A stretch of 64,000 bases of DNA from Clostridia bacterium. Its GTDB lineage: Bacteria; Bacillota; Clostridia; Christensenellales; UBA1242. Location of the stretch: positions 200,385 through 264,384 of the forward strand of contig JAFTMH010000004.1 in the NCBI GenBank assembly GCA_017452445.1, given 5' to 3'. A model generated the notes under the pieces. That model was not told the DNA's origin, did not search any database, and was given only the letters and a program-made list of their open reading frames with translations. Shown here piece after piece: positions 44,217 to 53,751 of this stretch (the stretch's first letter is position 1; every line of letters begins with the position of its first letter). The translations under genes and the position numbers were made by a program.

Positions 44217-45359
44217 TATGTAAAGTTTTGACAAATCAGGCAATCCATATCCTTCAAGGTTTTGCCCAAAGCCAAGTGGATTGCAAATCTGCAAAAGAAC
44301 TCTCTTAACTTTGTCTGGCGAAAATGTTGGATACTTTTGCAAAATCAATGCACAAATCCCTGCAACCATTGGCGTAGCAACTGAAGTGCCAGACAACTGA
44401 CTATACAGCCCCTTTGCAGAGCAAGAAGTTATCTCCACGCTTGGTGCAACAACATCTGGTTTTGCCGACCTAAACGCCGGCCCACGAGATGAAAAATCTG
44501 CTATTTCAAAAAAGTTTTTGTTATAACTTTTGTTGTCATAGCGATTGTCATCAATGCCACCAACTGTAACAATTTTTCTGCTTATGCCTGGTGATTTGAT
44601 TGTTTGAAATTCTGGCCCACTGTTTCCTGCCGCTGCCACAACCAAAACTCCATCTTCCCACAACGCCTCTGCACCCATAACTATAGGATCATTAAAGCCC
44701 AAAGGTTCGCTACCAAAACTCATGCAAACAATTTTGATGTTGCACTTTTTGTGGTTTTCATAAACCCATTGCATAGCATCTAAAATTCTGCTTGCATTTG
44801 CCTCACCTTTTGCATCTAGAGCTTTCAAAACATGCATCTGACTTTTGCACGCAATGCCCGAATAGCGAAACTTCGACATCACACCGTTGCCCGAGCAAAC
44901 CCCACAAACAAAAGTCCCGTGTCCGTTGTCGTCATACAGATTTTTCCTTCCAGCAACAAAGTCCTTGAATGTTTTTATTCTGTTTTCTCCCAGCACAAAA
45001 TCTGCATGAGGGCAAGCCCCTGTGTCAATAAAAGCAATTCCCACACCATCACCATTCAACTTGCATTTGTCTTTTTGCAAAACACTTTTTGCAACATACA
45101 TAAGCGAAAAAGCTTTCGGATCAGAAGATATATGTTTGACCATGCCATAGTCAGAAAGATCAAAAATTTGCTTTTGACTTAAAAAACAGCAGAAGCAATT
45201 TATGAATAAATATTCACACAAAACACTCGCCTTTTTGTTTTTTAAAAGTCGTCTTGTCGCATCAAAATCTTTTGCAAAAACAAAACATTCTGTCTTTGTT
45301 TCGCAATTCAAAATTGAAATTGTTTCGATCAATCTTGAGTCAATTTTGTTTAAGTTCAT
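44214..45359 (-). CDS. subtilisin-family (S8) serine peptidase without an evident signal peptide
   Basis: Triad blocks IAFIDTG, DDNGHGTFV and GTSVATPMVAG. Cys-rich N-terminal region of about 100 aa. ATGA overlap with the upstream 79-aa ORF. Confidence 0.9.
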   Translation of the reverse strand: MNLNKIDSRLIETISILNCETKTECFVFAKDFDATRRLLKNKKASVLCEYLFINCFCCFLSQKQIFDLSDYGMVKHISSDPKAFSLMYVAKSVLQKDKCKLNGDGVGIAFIDTGACPHADFVLGENRIKTFKDFVAGRKNLYDDNGHGTFVCGVCSGNGVMSKFRYSGIACKSQMHVLKALDAKGEANASRILDAMQWVYENHKKCNIKIVCMSFGSEPLGFNDPIVMGAEALWEDGVLVVAAAGNSGPEFQTIKSPGISRKIVTVGGIDDNRYDNKSYNKNFFEIADFSSRGPAFRSAKPDVVAPSVEITSCSAKGLYSQLSGTSVATPMVAGICALILQKYPTFSPDKVKRVLLQICNPLGFGQNLEGYGLPDLSKLYI

Positions 45360-45595
45360 TTCAAATTTTTTGCAATCCTTATCATGTTTTCATAAGTCTC
45401 TGCCGGCAAAGCCCACTTCATGTTTTCAATCGCCTGCATCAAACCATCTGCATCAAACACTCCTGCATTTTTTTGCTTTTCAACTTCGCTCACAAGTTTT
45501 TGCATAAGTTGGTCAGCATTGCAATTTTTCAAACTGTCATATTCTTGTTGCAACGATTGCTGTTTTTCGTTTTGATTGTTTTCGTAAAATCTCAT
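45356..45595 (-). CDS. hypothetical 79-aa helical protein, translationally coupled to the S8 peptidase
   Basis: AGGAG SD. Its stop overlaps the peptidase ATG. No motif recognised. Confidence 0.6.
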   Translation of the reverse strand: MRFYENNQNEKQQSLQQEYDSLKNCNADQLMQKLVSEVEKQKNAGVFDADGLMQAIENMKWALPAETYENMIRIAKNLK

Positions 45596-45673
45596 AACAT
45601 TCTCCTAAATGCAATATATGCTGTTTTTGCAAATTTTTGACTATATCAAATGTTTCTTGCATATAGATAAACT

Positions 45674-46012
45674 ATGAACAATCAAAATCCACCATCATTT
45701 CCAGAACCAATCTTTTTCAACGAAAAGACATCTTCTTTTTCGCCTATGCCCGAGCAACAACCACCTAGGCAAAATCACAATCACAAACCTTTTCCATCCG
45801 AACTTCTCAAAAGGTTGATTTCAAACAACTCATCAAACAATTTGCTTGCAACGCTTCTGTCACAAAGTTTGCAACCAAACAATCCTTGTCAATCCTCTGA
45901 CTTTGCAATCCAAGCACTCTCTTCGCTTTTGTCAAAACCCACAAGACAAGAAAAGAAAACCCAAACTCCACCACCACAAGAAGAAAAAGAAGAAATCATC
46001 AAAGATGAATAA
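45674..46012 (+). CDS. hypothetical P/Q/S/N-rich 112-aa protein
   Basis: ORF fills the gap between a promoter-like element (45637-45665) and terminator 46011-46046. No SD. Low-complexity composition, so coding status is uncertain. Confidence 0.4.
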   Translation: MNNQNPPSFPEPIFFNEKTSSFSPMPEQQPPRQNHNHKPFPSELLKRLISNNSSNNLLATLLSQSLQPNNPCQSSDFAIQALSSLLSKPTRQEKKTQTPPPQEEKEEIIKDE

Positions 46013-46046
46013 AAAAAGACAATCGTTGAGATTGTCTTTCTGTTTT
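46011..46046. terminator. bidirectional terminator between the P-rich ORF and the ABC-like ATPase gene
   Basis: Stem AAGACAATC (46016-46024) pairs with GATTGTCTT (46030-46038). Confidence 0.75.
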
Positions 46047-46053
46047 AATAAAT

Positions 46054-46698
46054 TTAGTCACCAACAATTTTGCCGTGTTCGAAATAAATTTTTCTTTTGC
46101 AGATTTTTTCTGCAATTTCAGGTCTTGTGCATGCAAGGATAAGTGTTGTTCCGTTGTCTTTAAGTCGTTTGATCAAACTTAAAATAGCATCAATATAAAC
46201 ATCAGAAATTTCGTCAAAAATGTTGTCCACCAAAAGCATATCAAGTTTTCTGAAAGAAAGTCTGATAAGCGACAAAACATATTTGTCTTCCTTTCTTATG
46301 TTTTTTATCTTTTCATCTCTGATTCTTTCGAGTGAAAAGTCAATGATGGCATTGTTTATCATCTTTTCTGCTTCTGCCGGTTTTACGCCCTTTTTATGCA
46401 AAATATACTTAAAGTTTTCGTAAACTGTCTTGTTTTCCAAAAAAACTGGACAATATGGCACATAGCCCAAACTCAAGTCGGTTTTGTAGTCCACTTTTTT
46501 GAGTGGAATGCTGTTGATATAAACTTCGCCAGAATCAAAATCTTCAAGCTTTGCAATAACCCTCAAAAGAGTTGTCTTTCCACTGTTAAGTTCGCCAACA
46601 AAAGCAACACTTTCGCCAGCTTCAACATCAATGTTGATGTCTTCAAGTGCATAAAATTCTTTTGTAAACTTCAAATACAAATTTTTTATTGATAACAT
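46054..46698 (-). CDS. ABC-type ATPase homolog with degenerate signature and H-loop motifs
   Basis: ATG 46698 with AGGAG SD. Walker A GELNSGKT, Walker B-like LLVDNIFDE. No LSGGQ-like signature and no H-loop His. No adjacent permease. Confidence 0.7.
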   Translation of the reverse strand: MLSIKNLYLKFTKEFYALEDINIDVEAGESVAFVGELNSGKTTLLRVIAKLEDFDSGEVYINSIPLKKVDYKTDLSLGYVPYCPVFLENKTVYENFKYILHKKGVKPAEAEKMINNAIIDFSLERIRDEKIKNIRKEDKYVLSLIRLSFRKLDMLLVDNIFDEISDVYIDAILSLIKRLKDNGTTLILACTRPEIAEKICKRKIYFEHGKIVGD

Positions 46699-46797
46699 AT
46701 CTGCTCCTAACAATATAATGATACTATATTTCAAAAAAAAATAAAAGTAAATTTTAAACATTGTGACAAAATCACCATTCAACTTACTTCTATTTTT

Positions 46798-47304
46798 CTA
46801 GTTTTTCTTATCAGCTTTTGCGTTTAATGTAAATATTTTTGAAATATCTTCACTCAAAACCAAAATTTTTTCGCCTGTTTGCGAATTTTGTTTTATGTCG
46901 CCTGCCACAACACGAAACTTTATTTTGACATCATTTTGCACCGAAAAATTGAAAACTCTTGTGCCAAAATCTGCATATTTTTGATAGTCATTTTCACCAT
47001 CTCCCTTGGTCAAATAACACAGGTTGTACCAATAATTTTCTTTCTCAAAAACAAGGGTGGACGGATCATTGTTTTCTTCTGCAAACAAGACAACTTGCTC
47101 CGGACTGTCAACCATAATTTGCAAATCAACATACTTTTGCTCCACCCTTTCGTCTTGATCAAGCACCACTTTGATCGAATAATTTGTACTCTCTGCCATC
47201 GTGGCATTTGTTATGTGCGCAACTCTAAGCTCGCTGTCGCTTTCGCACCCAACAAGGCAAAAAGAAAAACAAACACAAAGGAAAATTAAGATAATCTTTT
47301 TCAT
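46798..47304 (-). CDS. lipoprotein, function unknown
   Basis: MKKIILIFLCVCFSFCLVGC: signal peptide with lipobox L-V-G-C. 168 aa. Confidence 0.75.
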   Translation of the reverse strand: MKKIILIFLCVCFSFCLVGCESDSELRVAHITNATMAESTNYSIKVVLDQDERVEQKYVDLQIMVDSPEQVVLFAEENNDPSTLVFEKENYWYNLCYLTKGDGENDYQKYADFGTRVFNFSVQNDVKIKFRVVAGDIKQNSQTGEKILVLSEDISKIFTLNAKADKKN

Positions 47305-47354
47305 ATCCTTATTGTGTTTGTTTTTAATTAAATTATAACTTCGTTTGACAAAAA

Positions 47355-47882
47355 TTAGAAATTAACTTCAATCAAGCCATATTTGTTGTCAGATCTCTTG
47401 TAAAGAACATTGACTTTGCCTGTTTCTGCATTGAGGAAAATGTAGAATGAGTGGCCAATTCTTTCAATAGCATCTTTTGCTTCTTCAACCATGATTGGAT
47501 CAAGGTCAAATTTCTTTGTTTTGTAGATGTCAGCCAATTTTGTTTCTGGTTTTTCTTCCAAGAATTCGTATCCAACATTCTTTGGTGCATTTCTCTTCTT
47601 TTGAGTTGCCTTTTCTCTTGTTCTAACAATTTGTTTTTCAAGTTTTGGCAAAACAAGGTCGATGTTGTCATAGTTGTTGTTTCCAGAAACTTCTGCTCTG
47701 TAAAGCACGCCTTTGCAGTTGATGTTTACTTCAACCTTTTCAATTTTGTTTTGTGCAGAACATACAACTCTTGCTGTTGTTTCGTCTGTGAAATACTTGT
47801 CAAGTCTTGAAAGCTTTTCACTCATAACATCTTTGAAACGGTTTCCGATTTTATATTTTTTTTCAACGAATGTAATTTTCAT
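47355..47882 (-). CDS. hpf: ribosome hibernation promoting factor (long HPF)
   Basis: 175 aa. S30AE/YfiA N-terminal domain plus C-terminal dimerisation domain (HSFYIFLNAETGKVNVLYKRSDNKYGLIE). SD AAAGGAG. Promoter 47906-47934. Confidence 0.92.
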   Translation of the reverse strand: MKITFVEKKYKIGNRFKDVMSEKLSRLDKYFTDETTARVVCSAQNKIEKVEVNINCKGVLYRAEVSGNNNYDNIDLVLPKLEKQIVRTREKATQKKRNAPKNVGYEFLEEKPETKLADIYKTKKFDLDPIMVEEAKDAIERIGHSFYIFLNAETGKVNVLYKRSDNKYGLIEVNF

Positions 47883-47905
47883 AATTTATCTCCTTTCGTA
47901 AAATC

Positions 47906-47934
47906 ATTTTATCAAAAAATATTTATTTTACCAA
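47906..47934 (-). promoter_or_regulatory. extended -10 promoter for hpf
   Basis: Minus strand: TTGGTA (47934-47929), 17-nt spacer ending in TGA, TAAAAT (47911-47906). Lies 23 nt upstream of the ATG. Confidence 0.55.
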
Positions 47935-47949
47935 ACAATTTTAATATAT

Positions 47950-50376
47950 TTATTTGCAAGAATTGAATGTCAAATCTTTGCCATCAAAATCAACTTCAAT
48001 AATGCCACGATCTTCCAACTTGCCAAGCAAAATCATGTCAGCAATTCGATCTTCGATTTCTTGCTCGATAAAGCGTTTGAGTGGTCTTGCTCCATAAATC
48101 AAATTTGAACCCTTTGCAACAATATATTCAATCGCCCGATCTTTAACTTCAATTTGAAGCCCATTTTGTGCAAGTCTTTTGTTTGTACTCTCAAGCAAAA
48201 TGTATGCAATTTTGACCAAATCTTGTTTAGAAAGCGACTCAAAAATGCAAATAACATCAATACGGTTGATAAGTTCTGGTTTAAACTTCTTTTTAAGTGC
48301 ATCAAGATAGATGTCTCTTTCACTTATCTTTTCACTTTCTGGCGAACCAAAACCAAGTTGTTTCTTTTGTCTAATTTCATTTGCACCAATGTTGCTTGTC
48401 ATGATAATGATTGTGTTTTTAAAGTTTACCGTCCTTCCTTTGCTGTCTGTCAATCTTCCATCATCAAGCACTTGAAGCAACATATTCAAAACTTCTGGGT
48501 GTGCCTTTTCAATTTCGTCAAAAAGCACAACACTGTAAGGTCTTCTTCTTACCTGTTCGGTCAACTGTCCGCCTTCATCAAAACCAACATATCCTGGTGG
48601 CGAACCAATCAATTTTGAAACCGTGTGGCTTTCCATATATTCGCTCATATCAATGCGAATAATGTTGTTTTCGTTGTCAAACATTGCTTCTGCAATTGCC
48701 TTTGAAAGTTCGGTTTTTCCAACGCCTGTTGGTCCCATAAACAAAAACGATCCAATTGGTTTTTTGTTGTCTTGAAGCCCAACTCTTGCCCTTCTAATTG
48801 CCTTTGAAACTGCACTAATTGCATCATTTTGACCAACAACTCTTTTATGCAAAATCTCTTCAAGATGAATAAGTTTTTCTTTTTCGCCTTCTGTAAGTTT
48901 TGTGACTGGAATTCCCGTCCACTTTGAAACCACTTCGGCAATTTCTTGTTCGCCAATTTGACTGCTTGCAATCTTTTTGACAACACTGTTGTTTTGTTCG
49001 TTGAGTTTGTTTTCAAGATTGATGATTTCTGATTGCAACTTGGCCGCTTTTTCGTAGTTGCGTTGCAACGAAGCTTCATCTCTGCTTGCAGAAAGCGATT
49101 TGATTTTTTCTTCCAAATCTCTAACTTTTTGTGGTTTGAGCGTAAAGTTTACTTTCGCCTTCGAGCACGCTTCGTCAATCAAATCAATTGCTTTGTCTGG
49201 CAAACTTCTGTCAGTGATGTAGCGATCTGACAAGTTTGCTGCTGCAACGATTGCTTTGTCTGTAATAATAATTTTGTGGAACGCTTCGTAAGTGTCTTTC
49301 AACCCTTTCAAAATTTCGATCGTTTGTTCAACTGATGGTGGATTGACCATCACAGGTTGAAATCTTCTTTCAAGCGCCTTGTCTTTTTCGATATACTTGC
49401 GATATTCGTCAGTCGTGGTTGCCCCAACTGTTTGAAGTTCGCCCCTAGCCAAATATGGTTTGAGAATGTCAGATGGACTAACTTCCCCTTTTTCACTTCC
49501 TGCTTGTGCAAGCGTGTGGATTTCGTCAATAAAAACAATGATATTGCCATCTTGAATAATGGTTTCAATCACATCTTTAAGTTTTTCTTCCATCTGGCCA
49601 CGATATTTTGTGCCTGCCATAAGGCCACCAATTTCAAGCGAATAAATCGTTTTGTCTTTGATTTCTTCTGGCACATCACCACTTGCCACAGCCTGTGCAA
49701 GTCCTTCAACAACAGCAGTTTTTCCAACTCCAGCCTCGCCAATAAGCACAGGATTGTTTTTTGTTTTTCTACACAAAATTTCGATAACTCTTTGGATTTC
49801 TTCTTCTCTGCCAATAACAGGATCAAGTTTGTGTTGTTTTGCTTTGAGAGTTATGTCACTGCCCATTTCAAGCAATTTTTCAGGCAAAGAACTGCCCTCT
49901 TGATTGTTGTCATCTTTTCTTTCTTTTGAAGTTGTGGCAGTTTGCATTGAAGAAAGAAGTTTGTTTTTAAGTTCGTCAACATTGACACCAAAAATGTTTG
50001 CAAGCACCTTTGTCGCATAACAACTTTTGTTTGACAAAATCGCAAGCAAAAGATGCTCTGTGCCAATAAATGAATGCCCCAAATTCATGGCTGTCTGTTG
50101 TGCAATTTGAAACAACTCTTTAGTGCGAGGAGTCAACTGCACATTGCCAAACAATGCCACAGCATTTGTTGATTGCTCAAACAATTGAAAAAGCGAGTTT
50201 TCTGTCACACCTTCGCTTGCGAGCATCTTAGATGCAGTGCAATCTTGCACACTTGCAAGACCATACAAAATATGTTCGGTGCCAACCAAGTCGCTTCCAA
50301 ATCTCAAAGCAATCTTGCTTGCATTTTTGATAACTTTTTCTATACTGTCAGAAAACAAATTGTTGTTTAATGCCAT
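47950..50376 (-). CDS. clpC: ATP-dependent Clp protease ATP-binding subunit ClpC
   Basis: 808 aa. Clp_N repeats, two AAA modules (GEAGVGKT, GPTGVGKT). Follows mcsB. Confidence 0.95.
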   Translation of the reverse strand: MALNNNLFSDSIEKVIKNASKIALRFGSDLVGTEHILYGLASVQDCTASKMLASEGVTENSLFQLFEQSTNAVALFGNVQLTPRTKELFQIAQQTAMNLGHSFIGTEHLLLAILSNKSCYATKVLANIFGVNVDELKNKLLSSMQTATTSKERKDDNNQEGSSLPEKLLEMGSDITLKAKQHKLDPVIGREEEIQRVIEILCRKTKNNPVLIGEAGVGKTAVVEGLAQAVASGDVPEEIKDKTIYSLEIGGLMAGTKYRGQMEEKLKDVIETIIQDGNIIVFIDEIHTLAQAGSEKGEVSPSDILKPYLARGELQTVGATTTDEYRKYIEKDKALERRFQPVMVNPPSVEQTIEILKGLKDTYEAFHKIIITDKAIVAAANLSDRYITDRSLPDKAIDLIDEACSKAKVNFTLKPQKVRDLEEKIKSLSASRDEASLQRNYEKAAKLQSEIINLENKLNEQNNSVVKKIASSQIGEQEIAEVVSKWTGIPVTKLTEGEKEKLIHLEEILHKRVVGQNDAISAVSKAIRRARVGLQDNKKPIGSFLFMGPTGVGKTELSKAIAEAMFDNENNIIRIDMSEYMESHTVSKLIGSPPGYVGFDEGGQLTEQVRRRPYSVVLFDEIEKAHPEVLNMLLQVLDDGRLTDSKGRTVNFKNTIIIMTSNIGANEIRQKKQLGFGSPESEKISERDIYLDALKKKFKPELINRIDVICIFESLSKQDLVKIAYILLESTNKRLAQNGLQIEVKDRAIEYIVAKGSNLIYGARPLKRFIEQEIEDRIADMILLGKLEDRGIIEVDFDGKDLTFNSCK

Positions 50377-50415
50377 TTTGCCCCTCCTTTATAAATTTTG
50401 ACAAATATGCAAAGA

Positions 50416-51429
50416 TTAGTCAAGCTTGTCAATCAATTCGCAAATCTTTTTTGCGATATATTTGCTTCTTACCCTTTCTTCTTGCATATTTTGAGATAAA
50501 ATCCCCATTTCCATAAGGTTTGCCCTGCTTGCTTCGACAATAAGATTGTCAAACGCTTTGTGGTCTTTTATTTTCAAAAATCCCAAAGCGTCGCCAAATT
50601 TTACAAGCGACAAAAGTTTGATCATCTCGGCCTCTTGCAAAATGAAACTTTCTTTCAAAATGCCACACGCACGATAAATCTCATCAATCAATGCATCGTG
50701 GTTTGATGCCAAAATATCCTCTCTTGCAGACAACTCCATTTGGCAAATGTTGTAAACATATTCCGACACACCATCAACGATTTCTTTTTCGCTCAAACCA
50801 AGCGAGTTTTGATTTGAAATTTGATAGAATGCCCCATAGTTTGTTGTGCCTTCGCCATAAAATCCTCTCACAGTGAAACCAAGCTCTTTTGCCTCTTTTT
50901 TGACTGCTTCCATATCCTTGTTTCTCTCCATTGCAGGAAGAAACAACATGACTGACGCACGCATACCTGTGCCCAGATTTGCCGGGCTGGAAGTTATGAA
51001 ACCATAATCTTTTGAATATGCCACATCAATCTCCGACAACAGCATATCATCAAATTGTTTTATCTGTCTGTATGGCTTGTAGAGATTGAATCCAGACACA
51101 ATAAATTGTTCTCTTATGTGGTCTTCTTCGTTGACCATCACAATCAAACTTTCATCTGGCGAAACTGCAACGGCAGAGATGTCTTTGTTTTCAATCAATT
51201 CTTTGCTGATAATGTGTCTTTCAAGCAAAGCATTGCACTCGTTTATAGGCATTTCTTTAAGGCGCATAAAATAGACATCTCCAAACGCTTTTACGACCTT
51301 TTCGACTGAATTAATGATAAAAACTGCGTCATTTTCATCACGCAGTTTCGTGAAAAAATTGAAGCCAGAGACATTTCTAGCCAATCTAATTCTGGAAGAA
51401 ATAGCAATACTTTCAAAATTTTCGTTCAT
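50416..51429 (-). CDS. mcsB: protein arginine kinase McsB
   Basis: SSRIRLARNVSGFNF, VNEEDHIREQ, SSPANLGTGMRASVMLFLP (guanido phosphotransferase motifs). Confidence 0.92.
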   Translation of the reverse strand: MNENFESIAISSRIRLARNVSGFNFFTKLRDENDAVFIINSVEKVVKAFGDVYFMRLKEMPINECNALLERHIISKELIENKDISAVAVSPDESLIVMVNEEDHIREQFIVSGFNLYKPYRQIKQFDDMLLSEIDVAYSKDYGFITSSPANLGTGMRASVMLFLPAMERNKDMEAVKKEAKELGFTVRGFYGEGTTNYGAFYQISNQNSLGLSEKEIVDGVSEYVYNICQMELSAREDILASNHDALIDEIYRACGILKESFILQEAEMIKLLSLVKFGDALGFLKIKDHKAFDNLIVEASRANLMEMGILSQNMQEERVRSKYIAKKICELIDKLD

Positions 51430-51443
51430 ATTATCCTTTGCCT

Positions 51444-51587
51444 TTAGTTTATTTTATGTTTTTTGTTGTTAAACATTTTGTCGACTGCCTTTTTTACGCT
51501 TGGCATTTCATAGCATTTTTCACAGCCGACAAAACCGTTTTCCAAAATTTCTTCAAATGTAGTTCCACACTTTGGACACTTATCCAT
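51444..51587 (-). CDS. mini McsA-like zinc-ribbon protein (47 aa, absent from the ORF track)
   Basis: Hand translation: MDKCPKCGTTFEEILENGFVGCEKCYEMPSVKKAVDKMFNNKKHKIN. CPKCG..F......GF.GC..CY matches the second zinc finger of B. subtilis McsA (CPKCGMTFQQFRKIGRFGCSECYKTF). AAGGAG SD. Lies between tex and mcsB. Confidence 0.7.
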   Translation of the reverse strand: MDKCPKCGTTFEEILENGFVGCEKCYEMPSVKKAVDKMFNNKKHKIN

Positions 51588-51590
51588 AGA

Positions 51591-53750
51591 CTACTCCTTA
51601 TCTTCAGCAGAAACTCCCTTCATTGTCAAAGAAATTCTCTTCTTTGCAAGGTTTACTTCTGTAACCTTAACATCAACAATGTCGCCAACTTTGACAACAT
51701 CGCTAGGATGTTTAACAAATCCTTCTGAAAGTTGAGAAATGTGCACAAGTCCGTCTTGGTGAACACCAATGTCAACAAAAGCACCAAAGTCAACAACATT
51801 TCTTACTGTGCCTTTAAAAATCATTCCTGGTTGAAGATCTTCCATATGGATAACATCACTTCTCAAAACTGGTTTTGGCATGCTTTCACGGATGTCACGG
51901 CCCGGTTTAAGAAGTTCGTTTGTGATGTCTGCAAGTGTTGGCACACCTACGCCACATTCTTCTGCAACTTTTTCTGCACCCTTTGCATCAACAAGTGATG
52001 GCAAACGCACGAGATTGTTGTTTTTTACATCTTCTTCAGACAAGTTGAAAATGCCAAGAAGTTTTCTTGCAGCATCATAACTTTCTGGGTGAACTGCTGT
52101 GTTGTCAAGCACATTTGCACCACCAACAACTCTCAAGAAACCAGCACATTGTTCGTATGCCTTTGGTCCAAGTTTTGCAACTTTAAGAAGTTCTTCTCTA
52201 CACTTAAATCCTTTGTTTTCTGTACGATATTTAACAATGTTTTTAGCGATTGACATATTAAGTCCAGAAACATAAGACAAAAGGCTTGGAGATGCTGTGT
52301 TGAGGTCAACACCAACGCTGTTTACACAGTCTTCAACAACACCTGTCAAAACTTCTGTAAGTCTGTTTTGTGGCATGTCGTGTTGATATTGTCCAACACC
52401 AATTGACTTAACATCAATTTTGATGAGTTCTGCCAATGGATCTTGAAGTCTTCTTGCAATAGAAACAGCACTTCTAAGGTTTACATCATAGTCAGGAAAT
52501 TCTTCTGCAGCAAGTTTTGATGCACTGTAAACAGAAGCACCTGCTTCGCTGATAACTGCATAACTTACTGGATGATTTACATGTTTGATAAGTTCTGCAA
52601 CAAAGATTTCAGATTCTTTTGAAGCAGTTCCGTTTCCGATTGCAATGATGTCAACATTGTGTTTTTCGATCATTGCTTTAAGTTTTTCAAGAGCATCTTC
52701 TGTCTTTGATCTTGGTGGAGTTGGATAAACCACTGTTGTATCCAAAACCGAACCATTTTTGTCAATAACTGCAATCTTGCAACCATTGTGGTATCCTGGG
52801 TCAAAACCAAGAATAATGTTGTTTTTAAGTGGAGATTCCAAAAGCAATGGTTTCAAGTTTACTTCAAACATTTTGATTGCTTGTTCGTTTGCAACATCTG
52901 TCAAATTGTTTCTGCATTCTCTTTCAAGAGATGGGAAGAGCAATCTGTCATAAGCATCGGCAATCACTTCGTCCATCAAAGCATTTGTATCTTCGTTGTT
53001 TTTCTTGAAATGTTTTTCGATAACTGGTGTTGTCAATTTTTCGTCAATAACAACATCAACCTTCAAACATTTTTCGCTTTCGCCACGGTTGATAGCCAAA
53101 ACTCTGTGACTTGGAAGGTTTTTTACTTCTTGTTTGAAGTTTGCATAAGTTTCGTATGTCAAATTGTTTTCGTTTTCAACGAGAGAGCAAACAACAAAAC
53201 CTTTTGCAACGATAAGTTCTCTCAATTCTTTTCTAAGGTCAGCACTGTCAGAAATTCTTTCAGCGATGATGTCTTTTGCCCCTGCAATTGCATCTTCAAC
53301 TGTTGGCACTTCTTCTGTGACAAACTTTTCTGCTTCAACTGCAACCACATAATTTTTTGACTGTGCTTGCAAAATATCTGCCAATGGTTCGAGCCCCTTT
53401 GCAATCGCAACTGATGCTCTTGTCTTTCTTTTTGGTTTGTAAGGTCTGTAGATATCTTCCACTTCTGTAAGTGTCATTGCTTCAGCCAATGCTGTTGCAA
53501 GTTCGTCAGTCCACTTGCCTTGTTCGGTGATAACCTTTTCTACTTTTGCTTTTTCTTCGTCAAGGTTTCTCAAATATTTAAGTCTGTCTGCAAAATTTCT
53601 GAGCACTTGGTCATCACAAGAGCCATGCATTTCCTTTCTATATCTGGCGATGAATGGAATTGTGTTTCCTTCGTCAATCAAATCGATAATGTTTTGTGAA
53701 TAGTCTGCTCTAAGTCCAAATTCGCTAGACAATCTTTCTTGTATGGTCAT
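51591..53750 (-). CDS. tex: Tex-like transcription accessory protein (S1 RNA-binding domain)
   Basis: 719 aa. NTIPFIARYRKE N-terminus, YqgF and HhH regions, C-terminal S1 domain GTVRNVVDFGAFVDIG. Confidence 0.95.
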   Translation of the reverse strand: MTIQERLSSEFGLRADYSQNIIDLIDEGNTIPFIARYRKEMHGSCDDQVLRNFADRLKYLRNLDEEKAKVEKVITEQGKWTDELATALAEAMTLTEVEDIYRPYKPKRKTRASVAIAKGLEPLADILQAQSKNYVVAVEAEKFVTEEVPTVEDAIAGAKDIIAERISDSADLRKELRELIVAKGFVVCSLVENENNLTYETYANFKQEVKNLPSHRVLAINRGESEKCLKVDVVIDEKLTTPVIEKHFKKNNEDTNALMDEVIADAYDRLLFPSLERECRNNLTDVANEQAIKMFEVNLKPLLLESPLKNNIILGFDPGYHNGCKIAVIDKNGSVLDTTVVYPTPPRSKTEDALEKLKAMIEKHNVDIIAIGNGTASKESEIFVAELIKHVNHPVSYAVISEAGASVYSASKLAAEEFPDYDVNLRSAVSIARRLQDPLAELIKIDVKSIGVGQYQHDMPQNRLTEVLTGVVEDCVNSVGVDLNTASPSLLSYVSGLNMSIAKNIVKYRTENKGFKCREELLKVAKLGPKAYEQCAGFLRVVGGANVLDNTAVHPESYDAARKLLGIFNLSEEDVKNNNLVRLPSLVDAKGAEKVAEECGVGVPTLADITNELLKPGRDIRESMPKPVLRSDVIHMEDLQPGMIFKGTVRNVVDFGAFVDIGVHQDGLVHISQLSEGFVKHPSDVVKVGDIVDVKVTEVNLAKKRISLTMKGVSAEDKE

Positions 53751-53751
53751 T

